A stretch of DNA of 62,993 bases, the filler included, from Octopus bimaculoides (lineage: Eukaryota), in the NCBI RefSeq assembly GCF_001194135.2. It is 4 parts of 3 records of this genome, joined end to end, with 100 filler letters (N's around TTAATTAATTAA, not from the genome) between each part and the next. Parts side by side here need not be neighbours in the genome. Positions count along the whole stretch, not along the records: positions 1 to 23,291 come from NC_069005.1; 3 more parts are not named here. One strand, 5' to 3'. The position numbers and the translations under genes are program-made. Positions 1-12,182 of the stretch are shown piece by piece. Numbering within the stretch: the first letter of the stretch is position 1; each line of letters starts with the position of its first letter. A model generated the notes under the pieces. That model did not search any database. It had not been told where the DNA came from and saw only the letters and a program-made list of their open reading frames with translations.

Positions 1-1640
1 CAACAATGCATAAATCGTAATTTTTAAAAGAGCAATGAAATCTAGGTGAATATATATATATATATATATATACATACATAATGTGTGTATGTATGTATGG
101 ATATCTATATGTGCATGTGGATATATATGTACATGTCTGTCTACATGCACATATATTCATAATACCTACAGAAATCAATACCTACACACACTCACATGCA
201 AACACATATATATATATATATTACACAGGGAAACAATTTTGAACATTTCTGTTGAGCTTTTTTACTTGATTTAAACTAAAATTGGCTGATTTCAAAACTA
301 CAATCAGTTTTCTTCTATCACATCAAGTTTAATTTTTTTTTTCTACACCTTACTCACTGAATAAGCACAATTGTATTGCTTCTTCATAAGCAACAGGGCT
401 GGTTGGCTGTTTTTATCATATCATTGATAACACTGGGGAAAAAATTTTTAGTTGACTTGCTTTTTACAATTAGTTTTATCCAATTTGATGGTGCTGGGTT
501 CAGAAATGCCCTCAGAAATTTATCGCATCAAGTTTTTTGTCAAACAAGAATTTATCATCATCATTGTCATTGTTGTCATCATTGCCTTTGTCATTCTTAT
601 CATCTCTATTATCATCATCGTTGGTGTCACCATCATCATTAGTGTCTTATCATCATAATCATTATCTTTATTTTGAACCACTTTCCGTGCTGGCATGAAT
701 TGGATGGGTCATCATGATCTGAATGAGTTTTTTGTTTGGAACTATTACCCTTTTAGATGGGTTGGAGGATTTTGCTCATTCTATTTATTGGTATCTGTGA
801 TTGGATGCCCTTCCTATCACCAACCCCTTATAGAGTGTACAAAATGCATCTAATTGTGGTACCAGAACTAGATATGTTGTGTCCTCAGCAACACTTTAGA
901 AACCTCTCAAGCATATATTGTATTTACTTGTTCACCAATCACTTTGCAGAGGCATTTTTTGTGGTACAAGCACAAATAAGATTGCCACCCAGCAAGACTG
1001 AAAAGCCCTCACTAAGGGGGTGACATAAGATGGGTTAGGGTAGAAGAAACCACAGTATGATGGTGTGGGGGAGCAGGAAACGGATTTGGGTGAGACGATT
1101 GTACAGGAGCGAGATATATAACAACTGAGGTGGACAGATTAATGGAAGAGGAGACAGCAAATAGGAAAGGAAAGAAGAGTAGTGATGAGAGATATTAAGA
1201 GTGATGGATTTCAATAACAACTGATATGAGTAGTCATGTATCTCCTCTACACCAAGACACCCGTTTCTGTCTGTCTATTCATAATCTAACCTCTCATCAT
1301 CGGGCACAAAGCCACCTCCCTCAATACTACTTCTACTCACAGGGGTTTTGTCTTGCTGCTGGTGCAATGTAAAGAACACCCAGTATACTCAGTAAAATGA
1401 CTGGAGTTAGGAAAGGCATCCAGTCGTAGAAACCATGCCAAAGCAGACAGTAGCATTTAGTACAATCTTCTGATTTTCCAGTTCCTGTCAAACCATCTGA
1501 CCCATGCTAACATGAAAGGAGGACATTAAAAGACAATGATGATGATGGAACAGAAGGAGTGATGGCAAGTAGCCCAAAAAGCTGATGATTGGATATGAAT
1601 AGATCTGATGCAATCCTTCATTACACAGGCATCAAGATGG

Positions 1641-1717
1641 GAGAGGGAGAGCTAGAATGATAAGGATGGTGATGCGAGAGGGAGAGCTAGAATGATAAGG
1701 ATGGTGATGCGAGAGGG
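1641..1717 (+). repeat. 35-bp tandem duplication (2.2 copies)
   Basis: gagagggagagctagaatgataaggatggtgatgc at 1641 and 1676. Confidence 0.85.
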
Positions 1718-2807
1718 GATTGAATAAAGATTGATCCTATGCCACCAATCATTACACAAGTAGTGTAGTACAGTGAATAGGAGCACAGATGAAAAAGATG
1801 AGGGGATATCAAAGAGAGAAGAGAAGGGGAAGCATATGAACACTCCACAAGGAAAATAACAACATGAGATAGAGACTGTAGAACTATGTTATATATCGAG
1901 CTGTACCACCGTTTTAACATTTGTTTCATCATGCTTGCACAGGCCGTTTCCTCCAGCACTGTCTGTCACCAACCATCGTAGTCCTTTGTCATTCTCTTCA
2001 TGTGACTCAGCACCCTGAGATCTGTCTTCAGCACTTCGTTTTTTGTCTTCCTAGATTTACCTCTTCTACAGCTTCAATTCACTTTTGAACATTCAGTATT
2101 TCTTGTACAGCTCTCGTTCTTCATATGCTTCATATGTTTTTATTATGTATCAGATATATTTTTAATAATACTTCAGGTATTTTTTTTTTCAAAGACAAAT
2201 CATTTCTGAATGATCCCCCAAAAAACATTCAACATCACTCATTAACTTTCTTTCCCTCTCATCTACCAATTACTACCACTGGAAATAAAATGCCTAATTT
2301 TTTAAAGAAAACTTTTTAAAGTGATGCAACAACTATAGCTAAAGAGAGTTGCCAGTCCACCTCATGGTCCCGGCCCACAAAATGGAAAAGGTGTTGCCCC
2401 AGAGGATGGCAAGGGAGATGTGCAGAAACTGTCCCTCTGACTCACAGGGCTCTCACTTGTGGATAGCCATCTCTGCCTCGGTAGCAGTGACCAGAGATGT
2501 AGTATAGGGGCCAACAATGTTAGGCCCCCACTTGTACGCTGTGCTTCATTGCCCTTGTATCCAGTTTTTCTCATCTCATGTATATTCCATCTTTTATGCA
2601 TGCTTCAGCAGAGCATGCTCATTTCATTTCTTTCAAGTCTTTGCAAATATTCTGTCTTCAGAAGCTGTAATTTCTACAACAAAAAATAATCTTTCATCTT
2701 TTACTTATTTCAGTCATTGTACCCTGGCCATACTTGGGCATCACCTTGAAGGGTTTAGTCAAATAAATTAACCCCATACTTTTATGGGGAGAAACATATA
2801 TTTAGTC

Positions 2808-2829
2808 TATTTTTCTTTCTTTCTCACAG
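2808..2829 (+). promoter_or_regulatory. Candidate splice acceptor of a 5'-UTR intron upstream of the CNBD gene
   Basis: Polypyrimidine tract tatttttctttctttctcacAG ending at 2829, 68 nt before the ATG. Confidence 0.5.
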
Positions 2830-2897
2830 ATTAAGAAAACCAATAAACTACTAATTACAAAAGTTTAGAAAATTTGAAATTCTGAATTGAACCAAGC

Positions 2898-4727
2898 ATG
2901 GGTCAATTGATAAAACATTATCAGTTAGGGCATTCACAGAAACCTGCTGGTGCAGTTGGCCAACAGAAGAACAATACAGAATGTGGAGCAACAGCTATGA
3001 ATCCATTTATAGTGAAAGTTCTTATTTCGAAAATGGAACGTCAAGGAAAAATTGAACAGCATACATTAAAGAAACGAATAATTAATAACAGTTTGAGTCT
3101 GGAGCAGAGATACCAAACACTTTTCCCAAAACTACCAGCATATAAGGATATGAGAACTGAAAGACAGAAGCCTTTTAGTAAAACACTTTTCAAACGATTA
3201 GCACAAGTGTTACTGGCTTTTTATCGACTTTTTGATAGCCCAAAAGTAATCAAAGAGTTCCATCATGAGATGCCATTTACAGGCAGACTGACAACAGAAA
3301 GTATTATCCTAGAACCAGATGACGGATTAAGGTATCGGTCTACTGAAAGTGAAATTCATGATGCTCAGAATCAATGGCACGCAGCAATAAATATTGCAGC
3401 ACTTATGGCCAAGATTAAAGGAGACACACTGCATCCAGAAAGTGTATCATCAAATGTTGAAGATCTCTCTTTCAATCCTAGTTATTTCAAAGTAGACAGA
3501 GAGACAACAATACTAAGCGAAGAAGCTCAAAATATTTTGAGACAAATTCCAGAGAGAAGATTTCCTGAAGATGTAAAAATAGTTGTAAACTGTCTTCAGA
3601 ATGCTGGCCTTGCCTGTTTCTGTAACTACCCAGATGAAATTCAGAAGATGATTGCCAAAATAGCAGGCTATATGGTGGTGACACCTAAACGTGTAATCAT
3701 TCGACAAGGAATATGTGCTGAACACTTCTACTTCATTATTGGAGGTCGAGTGATGATCTCAGAGAGAGATTATAGAAAAGATGGGACAGAAAAAGAAAAG
3801 ATAACAACCTTACATCCAGGGACAAGTTTTGGAGAACTAGATATGGTAAACCACACACTTCGAAAATTTAGTGCTACCAGTATCAACACAGTTCAGTTAC
3901 TCACCATTGAACGGGATGATATACTAAAGGAGTTCACAAGTTATAAATACGACAAACAAATACCAGACCATATTAAGTTCCTTGCACAATGTAAATTTAT
4001 GCAATTCTGGCCAGTCGAGCGTTTCGGAAACAATTTGCGGCATTGTTTTGTATATTTTTTTAAAAGAGATGTAGTGGTACTTGAAGACAGTCACAATACA
4101 GATTGGATTTATATAATGAAAAAGGGTATATGTAGGGTCATGAAAAGATTAAAAAAACCACAAAAACAACATGTCAATATCTCCAATAATAGACTGAAAT
4201 TCGTCTCAAATGCCAATTTTGAACAAATATTTAAATTACCACTGAGAAAAGGAGATAAAGATGATAGGATTTTGGGTAATATAGAAGTTATTGATTCAAT
4301 TGCAGACAGTGTAGAGTATCCTAAAACAAGTTCAAACAAGTCTTCAACTGAAAGATTATGCAACAAAAAGAAACATGTAAATAATGATAACAACTATATA
4401 AGTGTGCAAATTGATTTGCTTAAATGTAGAGATGTTTTTGGTCTGGACACATTGGTTTTTGATGAATATTACATACTTCCAGCCACTGATAGTGTTAGCT
4501 TAGTCAGTGGTGGGGCAGAAATAGTGTTGCTGTCAAAGAAATTCTTCATAAAAAATGCTTCTGAACTAGTGAAATGGCAGGTACGCAAACAAGCAAACAG
4601 CTATCCTAATAACAATGACCTTGATGTCAAACTGGAAAGTCAACAAATGTGGGATGATTATAAAAAGACTGTAATGTCAGAACTAGTGAGTGGAAAAATA
4701 AAAGAAACACCAAAAATATGGAAATAA
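2898..4727 (+). CDS. CNBD2: Cyclic nucleotide-binding domain-containing protein (CNBD2-like), 609 aa, single coding exon
   Basis: Uninterrupted 609-aa ORF. ATG context is ccaagcATGG with an in-frame TGA at 2883-2885, so this ATG is the start. cNMP domain 1: 'VIIRQGICAEHFYFIIGGRV...LHPGTSFGELDMVNHTLRKFSATSINTVQLLTIER'. Degenerate cNMP domain 2: 'YFFKRDVVVLEDSHNTDWIYIMKKGICRV...DVFGL...SLVSGGAEIVLLSKKFF'. The symbol is a family-level assignment; orthology is not tested. Confidence 0.85.
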   Translation: MGQLIKHYQLGHSQKPAGAVGQQKNNTECGATAMNPFIVKVLISKMERQGKIEQHTLKKRIINNSLSLEQRYQTLFPKLPAYKDMRTERQKPFSKTLFKRLAQVLLAFYRLFDSPKVIKEFHHEMPFTGRLTTESIILEPDDGLRYRSTESEIHDAQNQWHAAINIAALMAKIKGDTLHPESVSSNVEDLSFNPSYFKVDRETTILSEEAQNILRQIPERRFPEDVKIVVNCLQNAGLACFCNYPDEIQKMIAKIAGYMVVTPKRVIIRQGICAEHFYFIIGGRVMISERDYRKDGTEKEKITTLHPGTSFGELDMVNHTLRKFSATSINTVQLLTIERDDILKEFTSYKYDKQIPDHIKFLAQCKFMQFWPVERFGNNLRHCFVYFFKRDVVVLEDSHNTDWIYIMKKGICRVMKRLKKPQKQHVNISNNRLKFVSNANFEQIFKLPLRKGDKDDRILGNIEVIDSIADSVEYPKTSSNKSSTERLCNKKKHVNNDNNYISVQIDLLKCRDVFGLDTLVFDEYYILPATDSVSLVSGGAEIVLLSKKFFIKNASELVKWQVRKQANSYPNNNDLDVKLESQQMWDDYKKTVMSELVSGKIKETPKIWK

Positions 4728-5058
4728 GTTCTAATCATTATTTAAAGTCATTAATTTTGAATTGTTTATCAAAAAAGAAATAAGAAAGTGATATGGAAAG
4801 ATAAATCTGAAACAAAGTGAGAATGAATATCAAGTCAAACTAGAAAGGATGGCATGAATTTCTTCTTTGTTGAAATCAGTTCTAACTTCTTAAAAGTGGT
4901 TTATAATAAAACTTTTCTCTTGAATGCCAATCTGTTTTTCTTTAAAACACTGATATGTTGTTTCATGGCTTTGTTACTGTTTAACCTTCAAATGGTCCTT
5001 TTGTTGTTAACTCATAAGAGGGTGCTAGGTGTTTAGAGATTTTGTGGTTTTTCTTAGA

Positions 5059-5064
5059 AATAAA
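5059..5064 (+). terminator. Candidate poly(A) signal (AATAAA) of the CNBD gene
   Basis: AATAAA about 330 nt after the stop codon, in T-rich sequence. AT-rich background makes chance matches common. Confidence 0.3.
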
Positions 5065-6665
5065 ATATTTAAGCTTGGTTTAGTATTTATATTCTAACAC
5101 ATTTTTTTTATCTTTTACTTGTTTCAGTCATTAGACTGCAGCTATGCTGGGGCACCACCTTTAAGAAATTTTAGTCAAATAAATCAACCCTAATACATAT
5201 CTTTATTCTATAAGTCTCTATTGCTGAACTGCTGAGTTATGGGGATGTAAACACACCAACACTGGTTGTCAAGCAGTGGTGGGGGACAAACACAGACATA
5301 AAGACACATATATAAATAAATACACACAACAGGCTTCTTTCAGTTTTCATCAACCAAATTCACTGACAAGGTTTTGGTTGGCCTGGGGCCCAACCATGTG
5401 GTTGGGAAGCAAACTTCTGACCACATAGCCATGCCCACATCTTATGCAAAATATTTCATTAGTCATGACTTTCATGTTTCAGTAACAATGTTGTTATGTG
5501 TGAAACTTACAACTAGAGAGACAGATGTGACATGAAAAAGATGAACCTCCACGGAATCGATCAGTGTCAAGAGGTTATGGTGTCGAGGTTTGTTTTAGTT
5601 CTTTAGGCAGTCAGCCATCAACACATCACAAGAGATTGAACAGACAGTTCAAAAACATGGGAGGTTGATCAAATAAAGTAACGACTCCAGAATGTTCTTC
5701 CAAGGCCATATGATAAAAAAAAATAGATTCAACTTTTATCAGACAAGTGAATTAAGGAGTGAAAGAAAATTATTGAAATGACACCAATTTTGAAAAATGT
5801 ACTCAATGGGTAGTGGTTGGTCCCCTATTAGCTATGCCACTCATAACAGCACATCAATGCATCCACCTTTGCACCACTCAAGTAACAACCCTTCAGCCCA
5901 TTGATCTATTTGGATGGTCATTGCTGACCGAACCCAAAACCATGTGGCTGGGAAGCAAACTTCTTGATACACAGTCATGCCTGCTCCTGGCATTTATCAA
6001 TTAAAATATCATAAAAAGCACTCAGTCTATTCTGTAAGGTGGTTGGTGTCAGGAAGGGCATCCAGCTGTAAAAACTCTGCCAAAACAGACAGTGAAGTTG
6101 GGTGCAGTCTTCTGCTTAGCCAGTTGCAGTCCAACTGTCCAACCCATGCCAGCATGGAAAATGGACGTTAACTGTAGATGAATTAAGTAGTTTCTCTGTT
6201 ACCTATTGCAGTAAACTGGATCTATTTTAGTGGTACACATTGGCAGGTAAGTAGATTATCACTGCCACGCACACAACATAACGATAATGATGTGACGATG
6301 AAACTCCAACCAACATAGGCATAGGCATAGCTGTGTGGTTAAGATGCACACTTTGAAATTGCATGGTTTTTGGTTCAATCCCATTAAGCAACACCTGGGG
6401 CAAGTATCTGTACGCAATCAATGCCTTGTGAGTGAATTTGGTAGGCGAAAAATGTGTGGAAGGCCATCGTGTGTGTGTGTGTTTCTCCTCACCACCACCA
6501 CTTGGTAACTGGTGCTTGGTTGTTTACATCCCAGTGACTTAGTGGTTTGGCAAAAGAGACCAACAGAATAAGTACAACACTTAACAATTCTTTTATACAA
6601 TTCCTAATATTTAATAATAAAAGAGTATTGTAGTTCGCTTGAAGCATTGTGTATTGTTTGTAAAG

Positions 6666-6933
6666 AATAAAAAGTTTAGAATGGTACAACAATGCACTAT
6701 AGAACAAAAAATGGACTATATACCTGTTGTAATATGGTTATCTGTAGTCCAATGATATTTTGGAATTACAATTCCTTCTTCAGATCTTCTTAGCTGGAGT
6801 CTCTGCTATAAAGATCTGAAGAAGGAATTGTAATTCCAAAATATCATCGGACTACAGATAACCATATTACAACAGGTATATAGTCCATTTTTTGTTCTAT
6901 AGTGCATTGTTGTACCATTCTAAACTTTTTATT
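6666..6933. mobile_element. Near-perfect fold-back element (123-bp arms, 22-nt spacer) with a G12A hammerhead motif in each arm
   Basis: 6666-6788 versus 6811-6933 shows one mismatch. Right arm: GAT-CTGAAGA (6816-6822)-A-GGAAT tgta ATTCC-AAAA (in place of GAAA)-TA-T-C-ATC. Confidence 0.85.
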
Positions 6934-8766
6934 TTTTAATAATAAAATATAATAGAATTTTTTAAACATTGAATGGCTATGAGGGTGGACCTGAGTAAAA
7001 TAAGAATAAAAGGGGTCCATAGGTGGAAAATGGTTGAGAAACACTGGACTAAACCCTTCAAGGTAGTGCCCCAGCATGGCAGCAGTCTGAAACAAATAAA
7101 AGATGAAAAGATTAGATCGGTACCTTACTAAGTTGGGTAGCTGTGAGTTTTTGTTAAGTAACAATAGTCTTCTATGACAACATGAATCAGATTAGAAAGA
7201 AGGAACAAGCTGGGCATGTGTAAACTGCAAGATGAAACATATATTGGTTTCAAAGTTTGGCACAGGCCAGGCAAGTTTGACAGAAGGGATAAGTCAACTG
7301 CATCGACACTGGTGCTTATTTTATCAACCCTGACAGAATTGGAACTCAGAATGTAAAGATGGATGAAATGCTGCTGAGCAATCTACTTGGCATGCTAACA
7401 ATTCTGCCAGCTTGGCACCTTAAAGATGAAGTAAAAATATTAATGTTGAAGTGGATCTCTTTGTCAAAGAAGAATTAAAATTTTTTTCAATTTTTATATT
7501 GAGCATGTTAATATTTCCCATATTCACAATTATTATCATTGTTTTAATGTCCTTTTTTTCCACGCTTGCATGAGTCAGATTGCCCTCTCAGTCACCAACT
7601 CTTTTCTGTTTCCAAGTAAGGTAATATTTCCTCATGGCTAGACAGGTTTTCACAGGATATTGGAAATGAATGACATTCGATTGATAACAATCATGCAATG
7701 TCAAGACAAAGAGACACAATCGCACAAAAAGTTTCTTTTAGTTTCCATTTACCAAATACACTCACATGGCTTTAGTCAACTCAAGACTACAATAGAAGAC
7801 ATTTGATCAAGATGCAATGCAGTGGAATTGAACCCAGAACAATGTGGTTGGGAAGCAAACTTCTTAACTGCGGCAACACTGTGCCAAATTTTTATGGAAA
7901 TGACCTTCCAAGCCAAGTAAAACTGTAGTCGTGGCCAATGCCAGTGTCACATAAAAAAGCACCCTTCAAATTTTGGGCCTCGCAGAGGTGATAAGTGACC
8001 CAAACCTTAGGCAATATGCTGTGCTTGAGAAAACTCAAGCCAAGCGAAATCATAGTTGCGGCTGATGCTGATATCATGTAACTGGCACCAGTGCTGATGG
8101 CACATAAAAGGCATGCACCCATTACATTTTTGGAGTGGTTGGCATTAGAAAAGGCATCCAGCTGTAGAAACCATGCCAAATCAGATTGGAACCGAGTGCT
8201 CTCCAGCTTACTACTTTCAATCAAACTGTCTAACCCATGCCAGCATGGAAAGCAGATGATGATGATGATATACTCAGTGAAATGTCTTTAATACATGTTC
8301 ATCAAACTGAGAATGATTTAGAATAGAAAATATAGATGAACCAACTAAATAATCTGGTATTATATCATTTGTCCTTCTCTACTGAAATTTTCATGCAAAT
8401 GATAGAAAGGTTAAGAAAAAAATCAAAACTTTTAATTTACAATTGGATTCCCATAAAAATTTATTCGTTTTTTAAAGATGTTGTTGTTGTGTTATTTAAA
8501 TTGCAAAATACTTGAGTGGGTGAGGAGTTGTTTTGTATTTTGAGGCAGCCAACTGGTGGCTCGGAATATATCTTCCAAAATCATCAAGGCAGCCAATAAA
8601 CAACTAATGATCAAGAAAAAAAAAAAAAACAACCCAGAATGACTTCTGTCTGTCACAGAAGAGAGTGTCAGCAAATGAAGGGAGTGGGGTATGATGAAGG
8701 AGATAAAGATAGACAACACAAGAGGTAAAAACATACAAGCGGTAGAGCACCAGCCTCAACGGCCTT

Positions 8767-9318
8767 CTAAGATGGATATTGCCAAACATCTGTTGATATT
8801 TGCTCAGTCTGGATCACTTTGTTCACCCGTTTTAATTTAAAGTTACGACACAGACTCAGTATTTGAATCTTCAGTTCATATTTGTCCGACTCGTTTTTTA
8901 TCTGCCTCAACTCTTCCCCTACAATTTTGCCAAACATTTCATCAACGTCAACCTGGACTGACGATGGTGTGGGATCTTTAAACTCATTAAATATATCGTC
9001 GCACGTGTTAAGAACTTGTACACTACGAGTTTCAATGTGGTTGACTGACTTTGACTTTTTGGGTTTGTCACTGTTCGTCGGTGACAGCGACCGCTTAATG
9101 AAGAGTGTGTGTGGCATTAATGGAAAGTCCTCAATGTTTGGGTTAGGTTGTGCTTCGTGTGTAAGACGTGGTGAGTCTTGACTCACATTAGAAGCATCTC
9201 CATTCCAACAGTCAGAATCTCTGTTTTGTAGGTAGCTGTGTTCATCAGGCCAGCTGGTGACAGATTCGTCCATTTCTCCTTGGTCCAAAGGATTCATAAC
9301 ATGTGCCGAAATATTTGC
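8767..9318 (-). CDS. Last coding exon of the MADF gene, with a C-terminal BESS-like helix
   Basis: Acceptor ctcttgtttttaacattgcAG| (AG 9320-9319). Phase 0 matches the 11335 donor. Open frame to TAG at 8769-8767, including DVDEMFGKIVGEELRQIKNESDKYELKIQILSL, typical of MADF-associated C-terminal (BESS-like) motifs. A possible 3'-UTR intron lies at 8736-8604 (GTATGT...T-tract-cttgatcattAG). Confidence 0.75.
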   Translation of the reverse strand, partial: ANISAHVMNPLDQGEMDESVTSWPDEHSYLQNRDSDCWNGDASNVSQDSPRLTHEAQPNPNIEDFPLMPHTLFIKRSLSPTNSDKPKKSKSVNHIETRSVQVLNTCDDIFNEFKDPTPSSVQVDVDEMFGKIVGEELRQIKNESDKYELKIQILSLCRNFKLKRVNKVIQTEQISTDVWQYPS

Positions 9319-11334
9319 CTGCAATGTTAAAAACAAGAGAATATAGAGTCAGCAAGGTAAAGACTGAGGGGGAGAAAAATGACAAAACTCAGACCTTTGT
9401 CACAGGCAATGCATTATCATCTTCAGCTTCATCATTCAACCCTTTAGCATTCAGATTATTCTGTCAAATGTAACACTTTTTCATTCAAATTGTTTTTAAT
9501 TAATCCTACATTATTTTGCAGCTTTGAAATTTTTGATGATGTGACTGTATGGCATTGAAGGGTAAGTATGATAGGCTTGATCTGGATGGTTAAAACATAA
9601 AACAGGAAGCATATTTGGGCCGGATATGGCCGGTTTAAATGCTACAGGATTAATATTTATTTTTCCATGTTTGCATGGGTCAGAAAATTTGTTGAGACAT
9701 TTTTTTTAAAAGTTGGATGCCTGGCCTCTTGCCAACACTGAGTTGTTTCCATGCAAGGTGATATTTCATTGTGTGTGTTGGGGGTGTCTGTGAATGTTTA
9801 TATTATGGATTGCACATGAAAAAAGCACTGAGCTATATAGACAACATTGTTTGTCAACAAAATCGTCCACTAACTCTGCCTTTTCAAATATTAGTGGAAT
9901 GAAAATCCCTTACTTGAAAATTATATAAGGGCATCCAGCAGTAAAAACAATGCTTCGATAATATGTATTTCTTTGAAGCCATGTTAACACAGAGGAGTAG
10001 ATGTAAAAACAAATAAACAAAATAACTGAACTTGATCTCAGCCCCTGCTTTCTGGTTCTCCTTCAGTTACAATGAGTATTCCAGTTGATTCAATTAATGG
10101 AATAGCCTGCTCGTAAAATTAATGTGCAAGTGGCAGAGCACTCCACGGACACACGTACCCTTAAAGTAGTTCTCAGGGAGATTCAGCATACATACTGAAT
10201 GTGACAAGGTTGACCCTTTGGATTACAGGTACAACTCATTTTTGCTAGCTGAGTGAACAGGAGCAATGTGAAATAAAGTGTCCTGCTCAAGGACACAATG
10301 TGCCGCTAGGAATCAAACTCATAACCTTATGATCGAATACCCTAATCATTAAGCCACGTGCCTCCAGTATCTTACAGTTAATAGAAAAATCACAATAGCA
10401 ATGTGGAAAAGCCTGACAATACTTGTTATGATAAAAGCGTATCCAATGCATTTTGTGAAGTGGTGGATAAATGAAGGGAGACATCATACAGTTGAGAGTA
10501 CTTCTTGGCAGGGATACAATAACCTCTCCAGCACTGGTGCTATATGGAAAAAATATTTGCCCAGTACGCTCTACAATGGCTAATGAATGTACAGAGAGTG
10601 TGGGGTTCAGGAGTATGCTTTAGTGTTTTCTTGTCAAGAACATGAGCACTTCTCTAGTGCTGATGTGTGGCGACAAAATGCACCCAGTACACTCTGTAAA
10701 GTGGTTGTCGTTAGTAAAAAGTATCCAGCCATAGAATATAGAAACCTTGCCAAATGAAAACAGACAAAAGAGGCATGGTCCCATGTCACACCTAAGAGGG
10801 CAGCAAACCAAATAAGAACTCGGACTTTGATGACCTTTTCAACACATGCCAGCATGGAAAATGGATGTAAGATGATGAGTGATGTATACAAGCATACAGG
10901 GAGTTCAGGCTAAATATGATTTTTTTTTATGTCTCCTTTCTTCAGGAACAACTTGATATATTGGTGAACAGTCAACAGCATTGGAGAGCATAAAGATTTA
11001 AGTTGTAGTTGAGAAAAAGTTAACTGACATGGTGGACTGGAAGCCATCTAAATATTAGAAAAGAGGTACCTATATCACGATGATTGATGCTGGGTATTAA
11101 AATGCCAACATCATGACTGCTACTCAGTGCTCTGTGAACACTGTATATACATACATACATACACATGCGCGCACACACAGATATGCAAGCATGGAAAAGT
11201 AGATGCTAAATGATGGTATATACTCACACATGTGTACATACACCCAAACACACACACATATGACAATGATAGAGATACTATTTACTATCCTAGACCTAAA
11301 AGAACAGAACATAACAAAACAGGGTAACACTAAC

Positions 11335-11522
11335 CATTTTAATCCTTGGGTGCCTTGGGTGGTAGGTACCTTGTAGAAAGTCATTTAAAGGCTTAAATAA
11401 CCACCAAGTGGGAGTGTAGATTTCTTCGATACTGGCACCACTGCGGATGCTCTCTTGGATTTTTCTTGTCTCTCGAGCATAGTTTGATTTCAGGGTATTC
11501 CACCGTTTTTGGACTAACTCAC
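11335..11522 (-). CDS. Internal exon encoding the C-terminal half of a MADF (Myb/SANT-like, Adf-1 type) DNA-binding domain
   Basis: Minus strand: acceptor ttttctttttctctcaacttccAG| (AG 11524-11523), donor ATG|GTTAGT (GT 11334-11333). 188 nt, phase 1 in and phase 0 out. Reads ELVQKRWNTLKSNYARETRKIQESIRSGASIEEIYTPTWWLFKPLNDFLQGTYHPRHPRIKM, matching the MADF pattern KxW.NL...Y.RE.RK...S..SGA....Y.P.W..F..L.FL. Not in the ORF track. Confidence 0.8.
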
Positions 11523-12182
11523 CTGGAAGTTGAGAGAAAAAGAAAACAAATATCTAAATTAGTGAATTTTGAAAATAGAAACAATACAACAAAACTAATA
11601 GGTACTGACATGAAACTTAAAATATTTCCAGATGGGTTTGACATTTCATGGTACAATGACATTGTATGTACAGAGCTGTTACTGGGAGGGGTAGAGTGGT
11701 AGACATATTCTGTTAATTTAGTAAATACAATGAGCAGATGATGTGGTAAACACAGTGTGTTGATAATGCCCTCCCCACCCCCTGTGGTCTTCCTGTACTT
11801 CTTTTACTAGAGATTATTCATGAATGACCATAGTATTCACTTGAAGTAAGGGGTACCATAATATCATGTTTAGGATCTTTAAACATATAAACGCATAAGT
11901 GTGTATGTGTGTGCATCATCATTTAACATCTGTTGTCCATGCTGGTATGGCTTGGACGGTTTGACCAGAGCTGGCAAGTCGGAGAGCTGCATCAGGCTTG
12001 TCTGTTGGTTCAGTTTATACAGCAGAAATTATCTATTAACTCTAATGAGCCACCAGGACATTTGAGAGAATCAATTTCCCGAGTCTCCAGAGTTTTTAGA
12101 GATCTTGTGCATCATGCACATACAAACACTACCTTCTCTGATAATCTTCCTATTAATCTACTGCACCTCTTGTGAGCACATA

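Noticed and set aside
11258-11295. Extra minus-strand exon after the acceptor at 11297-11296
   Set aside because: It would need a 39-nt intron and gives a stop within 2-4 codons in both usable phases.
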